Shown here in pieces: positions 17,992 through 27,251 of a stretch of 37,146 bases of DNA. Below the pieces are notes generated by a model, which made no database searches, had not been told where the DNA came from, and was given only the letters and a program-made list of their open reading frames with translations. This DNA comes from Gemmatimonadota bacterium. GTDB taxonomy: Bacteria; Gemmatimonadota; Gemmatimonadetes; Palauibacterales; Palauibacteraceae. The position numbers and the translations under genes are program-made. Position 1 is the stretch's first letter. The number at the start of each line of letters is the position of its first letter. Location of the stretch: NCBI GenBank assembly GCA_046758745.1, contig JBHIAV010000029.1:1-37146 (forward strand), in the 5' to 3' direction.

Positions 17992-19576
17992 GGCCGGGAC
18001 CTCCCCCTTGGTACCCGCCCGTCCCGGCATACAGATCGGCGTCGTCCCCGGCCGGCGTCGCCGGGCGCGCGTACTCCGTCCGACGTCCGCCGCGGGTAAG
18101 GATCACCGCCCCGAACCCGCTCGTGAGGGCGACCCACGTGAACACGACGGCCGCGAAGATCGTGAGCCCGCGCAGGACGCCGAGCAGGCCGCCGAACACG
18201 TGCAGGATCGCCCCGAGCGCGAACGGGGCCAGGAGGAAGACCAACCCGCTCAGGGTGTAGTAGTAGGAGTTGGAGCGTCTGAGCTTCAGCCGGTCGAACC
18301 ACCGGTACCGGTGCAGCGCGATCGTCTCTCCCGCCGCATGCGCCACTGCCAGGTACCCGACCAGCAGGGCGAGGGCGACCGCCAGCAGGTAGAAGGGGAT
18401 CACGAGGATCGTCACGATCGCCACCACGAGCACAAGCAGAATCGGAAAGAAGAGGAGCTGTCCGGCGATACCGACACCGAAGGACCTCGCGAAGTTGCCC
18501 CGCACGGTGTCCGCCACCACCTCGAGCCGCGGACGGAAGAGATAGACGGCCAGGAGCCCCGCCACTCCCAGCGCGATGTAGAATCCGAGCGTGGCGAAGA
18601 GGCCGGAGAAGGCGTGGCCGATGTTGTGCCCGACCCTCCCGAAGAAGCCCGGACGCTCGGACCGGATCGCCTCCCGCAGCTCGCGAATGTCGGCCCTCTG
18701 ATCGCCGATCTTCGCCTCCGGCGCGCCCCGCGCCTCGGCCGGGAGCGGCACGGCCTCCGGCGAGAGGAGGGTGAGCTCGACAAGCTCGCCGGTGACCCGA
18801 CCGCCGAGCTCGCTCACCTCTCCCCCGACCTGGAGCACATCCCCCTCCACCCGAGCGGAGGGCTCGAGCCGGAGCGTTCCGGCGAGGACGAGCACGTCAC
18901 CCCGGATCGTGCCGGCAAGGTCGAGCTCTCCGTCGAGCAGGGCGAGGTTCCCTGAAACCACCCGTCCGTCGGGGATCGTGTAGTCGTCGTGCACGATCAG
19001 CGCGAGGCTCTTCGCCGCCCCCTCCGCCTGCCGCCCGAGGCGGGCCAGCGAGGCCTCGAGCCGCTCCAGCCGTAGCGAGAGCTCCTGGAAGGAAAGGACG
19101 CCCGGCGCGATGGCGAGCTGGCTCCCGTCGGGTCCGGCCACGGTCGCCGTCTCGGGTAGCTCGGCCACGGCCGGGGGGCCGCTGAGGAAGAGGGCGACGC
19201 TCGCCTTCAGCTCCGTCGCGGCGGACCGTTCCGCCGCTCCCGCCGCGTCCGGTTCCCACCCCCCGACCGCTTCCGCTACCTCCTGCGCCTCGAGAATTGC
19301 AGTCCTGGCAATCAGCTGGCGCCACGAACGCTCCAGTGCGCCGCCGGGACCGTACGTCCCGCGCACCTCTCCGTCGATGCTCAGCTCCCCGTTCCGGAGC
19401 CCGATCTCCAGTCGGGCACCGTCGGAGCGTTCGAGCTCGAGAGTCGCTCGCCCTGACGACACGCTGACTGCACTGCCGACCACTCGGGCTTCCTGCCCAA
19501 GCAGGCCGGTCGCCGAAAGAGGCAGCACCGCCGCCGTGAGGCCGGCGGCCGCGATCGCGTTCCGCACACGTTCCAT
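17984..19576 (-). CDS. Membrane protein with signal peptide, bactofilin-like beta-helix and C-terminal multi-TM domain
   Basis: VSGNLALLDGELDLAGTIRGDVLVLAGTLRLEPSARVEGDVLQVGG repeats followed by about 6 hydrophobic helices; GGAGGAG RBS before ATG 19576. Confidence 0.8.
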   Translation of the reverse strand: MERVRNAIAAAGLTAAVLPLSATGLLGQEARVVGSAVSVSSGRATLELERSDGARLEIGLRNGELSIDGEVRGTYGPGGALERSWRQLIARTAILEAQEVAEAVGGWEPDAAGAAERSAATELKASVALFLSGPPAVAELPETATVAGPDGSQLAIAPGVLSFQELSLRLERLEASLARLGRQAEGAAKSLALIVHDDYTIPDGRVVSGNLALLDGELDLAGTIRGDVLVLAGTLRLEPSARVEGDVLQVGGEVSELGGRVTGELVELTLLSPEAVPLPAEARGAPEAKIGDQRADIRELREAIRSERPGFFGRVGHNIGHAFSGLFATLGFYIALGVAGLLAVYLFRPRLEVVADTVRGNFARSFGVGIAGQLLFFPILLVLVVAIVTILVIPFYLLAVALALLVGYLAVAHAAGETIALHRYRWFDRLKLRRSNSYYYTLSGLVFLLAPFALGAILHVFGGLLGVLRGLTIFAAVVFTWVALTSGFGAVILTRGGRRTEYARPATPAGDDADLYAGTGGYQGGGPGRA

Positions 19577-19602
19577 ACCGCTCGCTCCTCCTCGCCCGTT
19601 GC

Positions 19603-20232
19603 TCAACTCGCCGATCCCCTTGCCGCCGGCGCCAGCTCTCCAACCGATTCCTGCATCAGCCGCACGAGCACCACGGAGGCTCCCACCGCGACCAGGCTCA
19701 GCGTCGCCAGTCCCAGCGCCGCCTCGGGAAGCGTGATCTCGCTGACCAGGCTCCGCGCCGCGTCGGCCAGGCCGGACTCGAGGACGGTGCGCCATGCCGA
19801 GATGGTGACCCGCCAGAAAGCGACCCGCAGCCGGTCGTACACGAATCCCGCGAGAGCGCCGGGCGTCAGTCCCGGGTGGCGGGCCAGCCATAGAGCCATT
19901 CCGCCGACGGAGACGCCGACGGCCACCAGGACCGCCGCGATCGACATCCAGCGTTCGACCAGCGCCGCCCACGCTTGGGCGTACCACGGACGCGGGAGAA
20001 CGACACGCTCCATCACTCGAGCCGCGAATCCAGGACGAGGCCCGAGGAGGGAGAGCGAACACAAGGCGGAGTGCAGCGCCCGAAGCTCTTCCAGCTCCCG
20101 GCGGCACCGGCGACACCCCTCCATATGCTGGAGGAGCTGCGCAGGAGGATCTCCCGCCCCGTCCAGGGCCAGGAGGTCCAGCTCCTCCGGCTGCAGGTGC
20201 CTCTGCCCGTTCGGCTCCGTGTCTGGATTCAT
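19603..20232 (-). CDS. Zinc-finger (zf-HC2) transmembrane anti-sigma factor
   Basis: HL...HMEGCRRC (HxxxCxxC), PRPGFAARVM, then TM helices; directly downstream of an ECF sigma. Confidence 0.85.
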   Translation of the reverse strand: MNPDTEPNGQRHLQPEELDLLALDGAGDPPAQLLQHMEGCRRCRRELEELRALHSALCSLSLLGPRPGFAARVMERVVLPRPWYAQAWAALVERWMSIAAVLVAVGVSVGGMALWLARHPGLTPGALAGFVYDRLRVAFWRVTISAWRTVLESGLADAARSLVSEITLPEAALGLATLSLVAVGASVVLVRLMQESVGELAPAARGSAS

Positions 20233-20262
20233 CTCCGGATCACCGCTGAGGTTCGAGCTTCC

Positions 20263-20886
20263 CTACGGAGCTCGTTCCGTGGGGGTTTCACCCGTCTCCG
20301 CCACCAGATGGCCGAGCGTCTCCCGCAGCTCCCTGCGGGCTCGGAAGATGTAGGTCTTCACCGTTCCCAGAGGGATATCCATGATCTGGGCGATCTCCTC
20401 GTACGCCCGTCCTTCCACGTGCCTGAGCAGGATGGCGGTGCGGTAGTCCGGGCGCAGCCGGGTAATCGCCGCCTCCAGCTCGCCCGCCAGCTCGCGCGCC
20501 TCCACCCGCTCGTCGGGACGCTCGTCGATCGACTCGATCACGATGGAGGTCGCCTGCCGGCGCTCCTCCGTCACGGCGTCGGGCGTGCCGTGAATGGAGA
20601 CTGTATCGAGTTCGCGCTTCCTCAGGTGATCGATGGTCAGGTTGTAGGCGATCTTGAAGAGCCAGGACGAGAACTTGTAGCTGGGGTCGTAGCGGCGAAG
20701 GTTGTTAAAGGTACGCACGAAAACATCCTGCGACAGGTCCTCTGCCAGCTCACGGTCGCGCACCATGCGGTACACGAGAGAGAAGACGGGCCGCTCGAAG
20801 CGGGAGACGAGCTCCGCCGCCGCCCGCTCGTCCCCGCGCTGGCACAGACGTACGAGATCCGGGTCACTGCTCTCCGTGTAGTTCAC
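20263..20886 (-). CDS. ECF RNA polymerase sigma factor (SigW/RpoE-like)
   Basis: AEDLSQDVF, FSSWLFKIAYN, YEEIAQIMDIPLGTVKTYIFRAR. Start GTG 20886 or ATG 20940. Confidence 0.95.
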   Translation of the reverse strand: MNYTESSDPDLVRLCQRGDERAAAELVSRFERPVFSLVYRMVRDRELAEDLSQDVFVRTFNNLRRYDPSYKFSSWLFKIAYNLTIDHLRKRELDTVSIHGTPDAVTEERRQATSIVIESIDERPDERVEARELAGELEAAITRLRPDYRTAILLRHVEGRAYEEIAQIMDIPLGTVKTYIFRARRELRETLGHLVAETGETPTERAP

Positions 20887-20958
20887 CCGATCGCGATTCG
20901 GTCCCTTGACGTCGCGCTCGAGAGCACCGACGCCGACCATTGCGTCGACGCAGGGGCG

Positions 20959-20985
20959 TACGGGGCGAGCGCTCTACCGGTTTCG
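20959..20985 (-). promoter_or_regulatory. Putative autoregulatory ECF promoter
   Basis: Minus strand cGAAAC-N17-CGTA, close to the SigW-type TGAAAC-N16/17-CGTA pattern, directly upstream of the sigma gene. Confidence 0.6.
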
Positions 20986-21134
20986 GTGTGCAGGAGCGCC
21001 GTTGCTGATCCGGGAGGCGGTTCGTAACGTGGGCGGAAGCTAGACGGCGGCGAGACGGCGCGACAGCGCCGAACGCCGGTGGAGCCGCGGGGACCCGCCG
21101 CGCGGCTCGCGGAGCGAACCGCAACGGAGCGTTC

Positions 21135-22613
21135 ATGGCCCACGCGAGCCTACGGGAGTTCCTCTCGCAGCTCGAGGCGGCCGGCGAGCTGCGGCGCATC
21201 GCGAGACCTCTTCGGGTCGAGCTCGAGATTACCGAGGTCGCGGACCGCTGCATGAAGAGTCCGGGCGGAGGACCCGCCCTGCTCATCGAGCGACCGCTCC
21301 TTCCCGACGGCCGTCCCGCCGAGCAGCCTGTCGCCATCAACGTGTTCGGCAGCCACCGCCGGATGTCGATGGCTCTTGGAGTCGATGGCCTACAGGAGAT
21401 CGCTGACCGGATCCGAGCCCTGCTGGAGCTGAAGCCACCCACGGGGTTGAAGGAGAAGCTCCTTCTCATCCCGCAGCTGGCCGAGTTCGCGCGCTTCCCG
21501 CCCCGTCGGGCGAAGGGTCCTTCCCCCTGCCAGGAGGTGGCGGTGCGGGGGCCCGACGTGGATCTGCTGCGCCTCCCCCACCTCAAGTGCTGGCCGGAGG
21601 ATGCGGGACGCTACATCACCTTCCCGCAGGTGATATCGCGGGACCCGCGAAGCGGCACGCGGAACGTCGGGCTGTACCGCATTCAGGTGCTCGATGAGCG
21701 CCGGCTGGCCATGCACTGGCAGCGGCACAAGGTCGGCGCGGCGCACTGGCGTGAGATGGCCGCACGTGGGGAGCGCATGCCGGTGTGCATCGCGCTCGGC
21801 GGAGATCCGGTTTCGATCTACGCGGCCAGCGCTCCGCTCCCCCCGAATGTGGATGAGTATCTGTTCGCCGGCTTCCTGCGTCGCGAGGCCGTCCCCCTCA
21901 CCGGCGCCACGACGTGCGATCTAGAGGTTCCGGCGGAGGCCGACACGGTGATCGAGGGGTGGATCGACCCGGCCGAGGAGCTCGTGACGGAGGGACCGTT
22001 CGGGGACCACACCGGCTTCTACTCCGAGGCCGACCTGTATCCATGCGTGCACGTCGAGGCGATCACCATGCGGCGGGAAGGCGTGTACCCCGCCACCATC
22101 GTGGGGCGTCCCCCGATGGAGGACTTCTACCTCGGCCACGCGACGGAAAGGATCTTCCTGCCGCTCCTCCAGCTCACCCTGCCGGAGGTGGTGGATTACC
22201 ACATGCCGGCGGAGGGCATCTTCCACAACCTCGTCTTCGTCTCTATACGCAAGGAGTATCCCGGCCACGCCTACAAAGTGATGCACGGGTTGTGGGGGCA
22301 GGGTCTCCTGTCCCTCGCCAAGGTGATCGTCGTGTTCGACGAGTGGGTCGATGTTCAGAACGCGCAGGAGGCGTGGTGGGTGGCGCTCAACCACATCGAC
22401 CCCGAGCGTGACGTGATGATCACCCGGGGGCCCATGGATGTGCTGGACCACGCCGCTCGCGCCTTCACCTTCGGCTCGAAGATGGGGATCGATGCCACGG
22501 CGAAGTGGCCGGAGGAGGGCTTCGAGCGCTGGTGGCCTCCCGTCATCGAGATGGACCCGGAGACGCGAGCCGCGGTGGACGCGATGTGGGACGAGCTGGG
22601 GATCGACCTGTAG
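21135..22613 (+). CDS. ubiD: UbiD family decarboxylase (menaquinone biosynthesis, MqnL-like)
   Basis: RNVGLYR, MHWQRHK, EGPFGDHTGFY, DVLDHA and GSKMGIDAT motifs. Confidence 0.93.
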   Translation: MAHASLREFLSQLEAAGELRRIARPLRVELEITEVADRCMKSPGGGPALLIERPLLPDGRPAEQPVAINVFGSHRRMSMALGVDGLQEIADRIRALLELKPPTGLKEKLLLIPQLAEFARFPPRRAKGPSPCQEVAVRGPDVDLLRLPHLKCWPEDAGRYITFPQVISRDPRSGTRNVGLYRIQVLDERRLAMHWQRHKVGAAHWREMAARGERMPVCIALGGDPVSIYAASAPLPPNVDEYLFAGFLRREAVPLTGATTCDLEVPAEADTVIEGWIDPAEELVTEGPFGDHTGFYSEADLYPCVHVEAITMRREGVYPATIVGRPPMEDFYLGHATERIFLPLLQLTLPEVVDYHMPAEGIFHNLVFVSIRKEYPGHAYKVMHGLWGQGLLSLAKVIVVFDEWVDVQNAQEAWWVALNHIDPERDVMITRGPMDVLDHAARAFTFGSKMGIDATAKWPEEGFERWWPPVIEMDPETRAAVDAMWDELGIDL

Positions 22614-23638
22614 TGAGTGTCGAGTCGGGCGGTGCGGCCGGTGAGGGCGGTGTCCGCGCGGTGTCCGCCGGAGCGGCAGCCGGTCGGGTTCGCGCCCCCG
22701 GGCATGCGACGGGTCCCAACGGCGGGACCGCGGTGCTCGGAGCCCTCTCGGGCGAGGGGGTTGCCGCGCGGGTCGGGCGACGGGTGGGGCTGTATGCCCG
22801 ATTCGTGAAGCTGTCGCACACCGGCTTCGCGCTTCCCTTCGCGCTGGTGGGCGCGATCCTGGCCTCGTACCGGTACCCGGTCGGAGCCACCGACCTCCTG
22901 TGGATCGTGGTCGCCTTCACGGCGGCGCGCTTCGCCGCCATGGGGTTCAACCGGATCGTGGACCGGGAGCTCGACGCGCGGAATCCCCGTACCTCCGATC
23001 GGGAGCTCCCGGCCGGCCGCCTCTCGGTTGGGGAAGCGAAGCTTGCCGTCGCGGCGGCGAGCACCGTCTTCGTGCTCGCCGCCGGCATGCTGAATCCCCT
23101 CTGCCTGGCCCTCTCGCCCGTCGCGCTTGCAGCCGTGCTCCTCTACTCGTACGCGAAGCGCTTCACGGCCTGGACCCATGTGCTGCTCGGCATCGCGGAC
23201 GGGATCGCGCCGGGCGCGGGTTACCTGGCGATCGCCGGGGAGTGGAGCGAGCCCTGGTTTCTCCTCCCCCTGCTTCTCCTCGCTGTCGCGTTCTGGGTGG
23301 GCGGCTTCGACGTGCTGTACTCCCTGCAGGACGTTGAGATGGATCGTCGGAGCGGCCTCCACTCGGTTCCGGCCCGCTTCGGCCGACGCGCCGCGCGCTG
23401 GGTGGCCGGGACGTTCCACGTGGGGACGGTGGTCTGCCTGGCCGCGGTCCCGGCCGCGATGCCGGAGCTCGGCGCGGGTTACGCGGCGGGGCTGGCCGTA
23501 GCGGCCACGCTGCTGGGGCTCGAGCACGGCCTGTTCGATCCCGACTCGCCCGCAGCCGTGCAACGAGCCTTCTTCACCTTGAACGTGTGGCTCTCGTCGG
23601 CCTTCACCCTCCTCGTCCTGGCCGATCGCCTCCTGTGA
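22613..23638 (+). CDS. ubiA: UbiA-like prenyltransferase (MqnP-like)
   Basis: VKLSHTGFALPFA, AMGFNRIVDRELDARNPRT..RELP, YSYAKRF, GFDVLYSLQD; start uncertain. Confidence 0.9.
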   Translation: MSVESGGAAGEGGVRAVSAGAAAGRVRAPGHATGPNGGTAVLGALSGEGVAARVGRRVGLYARFVKLSHTGFALPFALVGAILASYRYPVGATDLLWIVVAFTAARFAAMGFNRIVDRELDARNPRTSDRELPAGRLSVGEAKLAVAAASTVFVLAAGMLNPLCLALSPVALAAVLLYSYAKRFTAWTHVLLGIADGIAPGAGYLAIAGEWSEPWFLLPLLLLAVAFWVGGFDVLYSLQDVEMDRRSGLHSVPARFGRRAARWVAGTFHVGTVVCLAAVPAAMPELGAGYAAGLAVAATLLGLEHGLFDPDSPAAVQRAFFTLNVWLSSAFTLLVLADRLL

Positions 23639-23668
23639 GCGTGCGGGCCGAGAAGGGGATTCCGGCTC

Positions 23669-23759
23669 CCGGAGCGAGAGGGAGGCGAGCTTCCGGAGCG
23701 AGACGGAGGCGAGCCTGCGGAAGGGAAGGCGAACCCCCCGGAGCGGAAGGGAGGCGCAG
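23669..23759 (+). repeat. Degenerate ~24-nt tandem repeat (about 4 copies)
   Basis: CCGGAGCGAGAGGGAGGCGAGCTT / CCGGAGCGAGACGGAGGCGAGCCT plus two decayed units; the last supplies the ubiX RBS. Confidence 0.7.
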
Positions 23760-24349
23760 TGAGTGAGCGTCGCTGGATCGTCGCCGTTACCGGGGCGTCG
23801 GGAGCGCCGTACGGGCTACGCCTCCTCCGGGCGCTCGCCTCCACGCGCTCGCCGGCGGACGTCATCGTCTCGGCGCACGGCTGGCGCCTTCTGGCCCACG
23901 AGGCGGGGGTGAAAGGGCCGGAGGATCTCGCCGCCCGGCTGGCGGACGCTCCCCTCCGCTTCTTCGACGATGGAAACCGCGGCGCGCCGCCCGCCTCCGG
24001 ATCCGTGCCGTACGCCGGCATGGTGATCTGTCCATGCTCGATGGGGACCGCTTCGGCGATCGGGCACGGCAGCTCGCGCAGCCTCATCGAGAGGGCTGCC
24101 GACGTGACGCTGAAGGAGGGGCGGCAGCTCATCGTGGTCCCGCGCGAGACCCCCCTGTCGACCGTTCATCTGGAGAATCTCCTCACGCTCTCGCGTCTCG
24201 GCGCCGTTGTGCTCCCGGCCTCGCCGGGCTTCTACCACGCCCCCGCCGAGGTCGCGGACCTGGTGGACTTCGTGATCGCCCGCGTGCTGGACCATATGGA
24301 GGTCGAGCACGCCATCGGATACCGGTGGACGGGGGAAGAGGAGGGCTGA
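23759..24349 (+). CDS. ubiX: UbiX family flavin prenyltransferase
   Basis: AVTGASGAPYG, ASGS, PCSMGT, RAADVTLKE, PRETP, PASPGFY motifs. Confidence 0.95.
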   Translation: MSERRWIVAVTGASGAPYGLRLLRALASTRSPADVIVSAHGWRLLAHEAGVKGPEDLAARLADAPLRFFDDGNRGAPPASGSVPYAGMVICPCSMGTASAIGHGSSRSLIERAADVTLKEGRQLIVVPRETPLSTVHLENLLTLSRLGAVVLPASPGFYHAPAEVADLVDFVIARVLDHMEVEHAIGYRWTGEEEG

Positions 24350-24386
24350 TCTTCGCCCACGGCCTCTGGCCGATCCCGGCCGGTCG

Positions 24387-24914
24387 ATGAGCCGGACGGG
24401 GCATGACGTGGAAGTCGTGCGGCTCGGGGTGATCGGCGACACCCACGGCCTGCTCCGCCCGGAGGTGTTCGAGGTGCTGGCCGGTGTCGATCACATCCTG
24501 CACGCCGGCGACGTGGGGGACCCGAACATCCTTCTCGACCTCGCGGCTATCGCCCCCGTGCAGGCGGTGTGGGGGAACATGGATGGACCCGAGATCCGCG
24601 CCCGGACGAGCGAGGTGTTCCAGGGCAAGTTCGGCGCTGTTCGGGTGGCGATGACGCACGGTCACCTCGCCCGCGCGTTCGAGGTCCTGCCGGCCCGCTT
24701 CCCCGAAGCGCGTCTCATCATCCACGGCCACACCCACGTGCCCCGGAGCGACGCGGTCGGCGAGGCGATCCTCCTGAACCCCGGGAGCGCCGGACCGCGA
24801 AGGCCGGGCAAACCGGTCGCGCTGGCCGTGGTGACGATTCGGAATGGCCGGATCCAGGTGCGTCACGTCGACCTGGAGTCCGGGGTCGAGTTCCGGCCTC
24901 TCGGCGCAGGCTGA
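24387..24914 (+). CDS. YfcE/MJ0936-family metallophosphoesterase
   Basis: GDTHG, HAGD, GNMD, THG, HGHTH and NPGS motifs. Confidence 0.92.
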   Translation: MSRTGHDVEVVRLGVIGDTHGLLRPEVFEVLAGVDHILHAGDVGDPNILLDLAAIAPVQAVWGNMDGPEIRARTSEVFQGKFGAVRVAMTHGHLARAFEVLPARFPEARLIIHGHTHVPRSDAVGEAILLNPGSAGPRRPGKPVALAVVTIRNGRIQVRHVDLESGVEFRPLGAG

Positions 24915-24983
24915 TGACCGGCCGGTGGCCGAGATCAGCGGGCGGGGCCGGAGGCAAGAGGCGGGACGGGCCCGGCCGGGGGC

Positions 24984-25811
24984 TCAGCCCTGGCAGCGCG
25001 GGCAGAAATAGGTACTGCGGCCGGCCTGCACGATCCGCTCGATCGGCCTCCGGCAGTGCGTGCACGGCTCGCCCTCCCTCCCGTACACGCGCAGGCGGGC
25101 CTGGAACTCGCCCGATCGTCCGTTCACGGCGCGGTAATCCCGAAACGTAGTGCCCGCGGCCTCCAGCGCCTCTTTGAGGACGCGGCGGATCGCGGTGTGC
25201 AGTCGCCGCGTCTCGCCGACCTGCAAGGAATTCGCCGCCCGCCTCGGGTCGATTCGGGCCCTGTGGAGGGCCTCGCTCGCGTAGATGTTCCCGATCCCCG
25301 CGATCCTGTACTGGTCGAGAAGAGCGTTCTTGATCGGAGCTCGGGACGCGCCGAGGATCCGTCGCAGGACAGAGGGTCGGAACTCCGGGGCGAGCGGCTC
25401 GGGTCCGAGCTTTCCCGAGATCGCTTCCCATTCGTCCTTCCCGAGGAGGCGCAGCCCGCCCAGCCGCCGCGTGTCGTCGTAAAAGAGGGTACGGCCGTCG
25501 TCCAGGTCGAGCTCGGCGGCGATGTGGCGGAACTCGGCCGGGTCCGGCCGTGCGTGCCCGAGGACGAAGCGTCCCGACATTCGTAGCTGAACCTGGGTCA
25601 CCATCCCGCCGTCGAGGCGGAGGATGAGGGTCTTCCCGCGCCGCTCCACCGCGTCGATCCGATGTCCATGGAGGTGGCGGGCGAAGGCGGCCGGACCGGT
25701 GGAGTCGATCAGGATGTCAGGCTTGTGGATCCGAACCCCGACCACCCGGCGTCCCACGATCTCCGCTTCGAGATCGCGTCGGATCGTTTCGACTTCGGGC
25801 AGCTCCGGCAC
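24984..25811 (-). CDS. mutM: Formamidopyrimidine-DNA glycosylase
   Basis: PELPEVE N-terminus, RRGK, LRMSG, GIGNIYASE, C-terminal CTHC...CPRCQ zinc finger. Confidence 0.97.
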   Translation of the reverse strand: MPELPEVETIRRDLEAEIVGRRVVGVRIHKPDILIDSTGPAAFARHLHGHRIDAVERRGKTLILRLDGGMVTQVQLRMSGRFVLGHARPDPAEFRHIAAELDLDDGRTLFYDDTRRLGGLRLLGKDEWEAISGKLGPEPLAPEFRPSVLRRILGASRAPIKNALLDQYRIAGIGNIYASEALHRARIDPRRAANSLQVGETRRLHTAIRRVLKEALEAAGTTFRDYRAVNGRSGEFQARLRVYGREGEPCTHCRRPIERIVQAGRSTYFCPRCQG

Positions 25812-25831
25812 GCAGGCGTCGTCCGGCCGGG

Positions 25832-27115
25832 TCAGGCGCGGCCCGCGGTGAGGCTCGCGGTCAGGCCGATGTCGCGTCGAAAGTCCATCCCCTCGAACTC
25901 GATTCGCTCAGCCGCTCTCCGGCTCGCGGTCCCGGCCTCCTCGAGCGTGCTGCCGAGGCCGGTCACGCCGAGCACCCGCCCGCCGGCCGTGACAAGACGA
26001 CCGTCCCCCCACGCCGTACCTGCGTGGTACACCCGGAGCTCGGGACCCTCCAAGTCTTTCGGCAGCCGGATGGGCAGTCCCTTCGGATAGCTCCCCGGGT
26101 AGCCGCCGCTCACCAGCACGGTCACCAGCGCGAAGCCGCGGCGCGTCCCGGGCTCCCACCTCCCGAGCGGCTCGCCGCGCGCCACGGCCGTCATCGGCTC
26201 GCTCAGTCCGCCCGCGGTGAGCGGCAGCACGACCTGCGCCTCCGGATCGCCGAGGCGGCAGTTGAACTCGAGGACCACCGGTCCATCATCGGTGAGCATG
26301 AGCCCGGCATACAGAAACCCGCGGTACGGACACCCCCGCTCCGCCAGCGCCGCCAGCACCGGCTCGGCGATCTTCCGCCGCACCGTCTCCACGAGGCCGG
26401 CGTCGACACCGGGAACGGGAGCGAAGGCCCCCATCCCCCCGGTGTTGGGACCGCGGTCCCCCTCGTAGCGTCGCTTGTGGTCGCGTGAGGCGACAAGCGG
26501 CACGGCCCGCTCCCCATCGCTCAGGAAGAACACCGAGAGCTCCTCGCCATGCAGGAACTCCTCGACCACCACCTCGCGTCCGGCCTCCCGGAGTCGGCCC
26601 TGCACCATCATCTCTTCGAGCGCGGAGAGTCCCTCCTGGACGTCCCGGCACACGGCGGCGCCCTTGCCGCCCGCAAGGCCCGACGCCTTCACCACGAAAG
26701 GGGGTTGCAGAGCGGAGACGTATTGGCGCGCCGCAGCGTGGTTCCGGAAGGTGCGATGGCGTGCGGTGGGCACCCGGTGCTCCCGCATCAGCTCCTTGGC
26801 GAACGCCTTGGAGGACTCGATGCGCGCCGCCGCCCGGGTGGGACCGAAGATCGGTAACCCTCGCGACTCGAAGAGGTCGGCCAGCCCTCCGGCGAGCGGC
26901 GCCTCCGGTCCCACGACGGTGAGGTCGATCTCCTCCTGGGCGGCGAAATCCGCGAGGCCGGAGAGGTCATCCGCGGGGATCGGGACGTTGGTACCGACGC
27001 GGGACGTACCGGGATTGCCGGGCGCGATGAACAGCTCACCCTGCGGCCTCTCCGCGCGCAGGCTGGCCGCCAGGGCGTGCTCGCGGCCCCCGGAGCCGAC
27101 GATGAGCGTCTTCAT
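25832..27115 (-). CDS. purD: Phosphoribosylamine-glycine ligase
   Basis: MKTLIVGSGGREHALA, VGPEAPL, GLAGGKG, GPNTGGMG, EFNCRLGDPE. Confidence 0.97.
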   Translation of the reverse strand: MKTLIVGSGGREHALAASLRAERPQGELFIAPGNPGTSRVGTNVPIPADDLSGLADFAAQEEIDLTVVGPEAPLAGGLADLFESRGLPIFGPTRAAARIESSKAFAKELMREHRVPTARHRTFRNHAAARQYVSALQPPFVVKASGLAGGKGAAVCRDVQEGLSALEEMMVQGRLREAGREVVVEEFLHGEELSVFFLSDGERAVPLVASRDHKRRYEGDRGPNTGGMGAFAPVPGVDAGLVETVRRKIAEPVLAALAERGCPYRGFLYAGLMLTDDGPVVLEFNCRLGDPEAQVVLPLTAGGLSEPMTAVARGEPLGRWEPGTRRGFALVTVLVSGGYPGSYPKGLPIRLPKDLEGPELRVYHAGTAWGDGRLVTAGGRVLGVTGLGSTLEEAGTASRRAAERIEFEGMDFRRDIGLTASLTAGRA

Positions 27116-27251
27116 GGGACCACTCCGCGGAGGGCTGCGAGCCGTGCGCCAGGCCATTGGAAAGCCGACGGGGCGCTCCCCTGCGGCGGCCCGTCCGGAG
27201 CGGGCGCCGGGGCGGGCTCCAGGGGGCGGCACTGCCCCGCCGCGCGCCCGC

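Noticed and set aside
23669-23759. Possible CRISPR array
   Set aside because: Units are directly adjacent with no unique spacers, and there are no cas genes.
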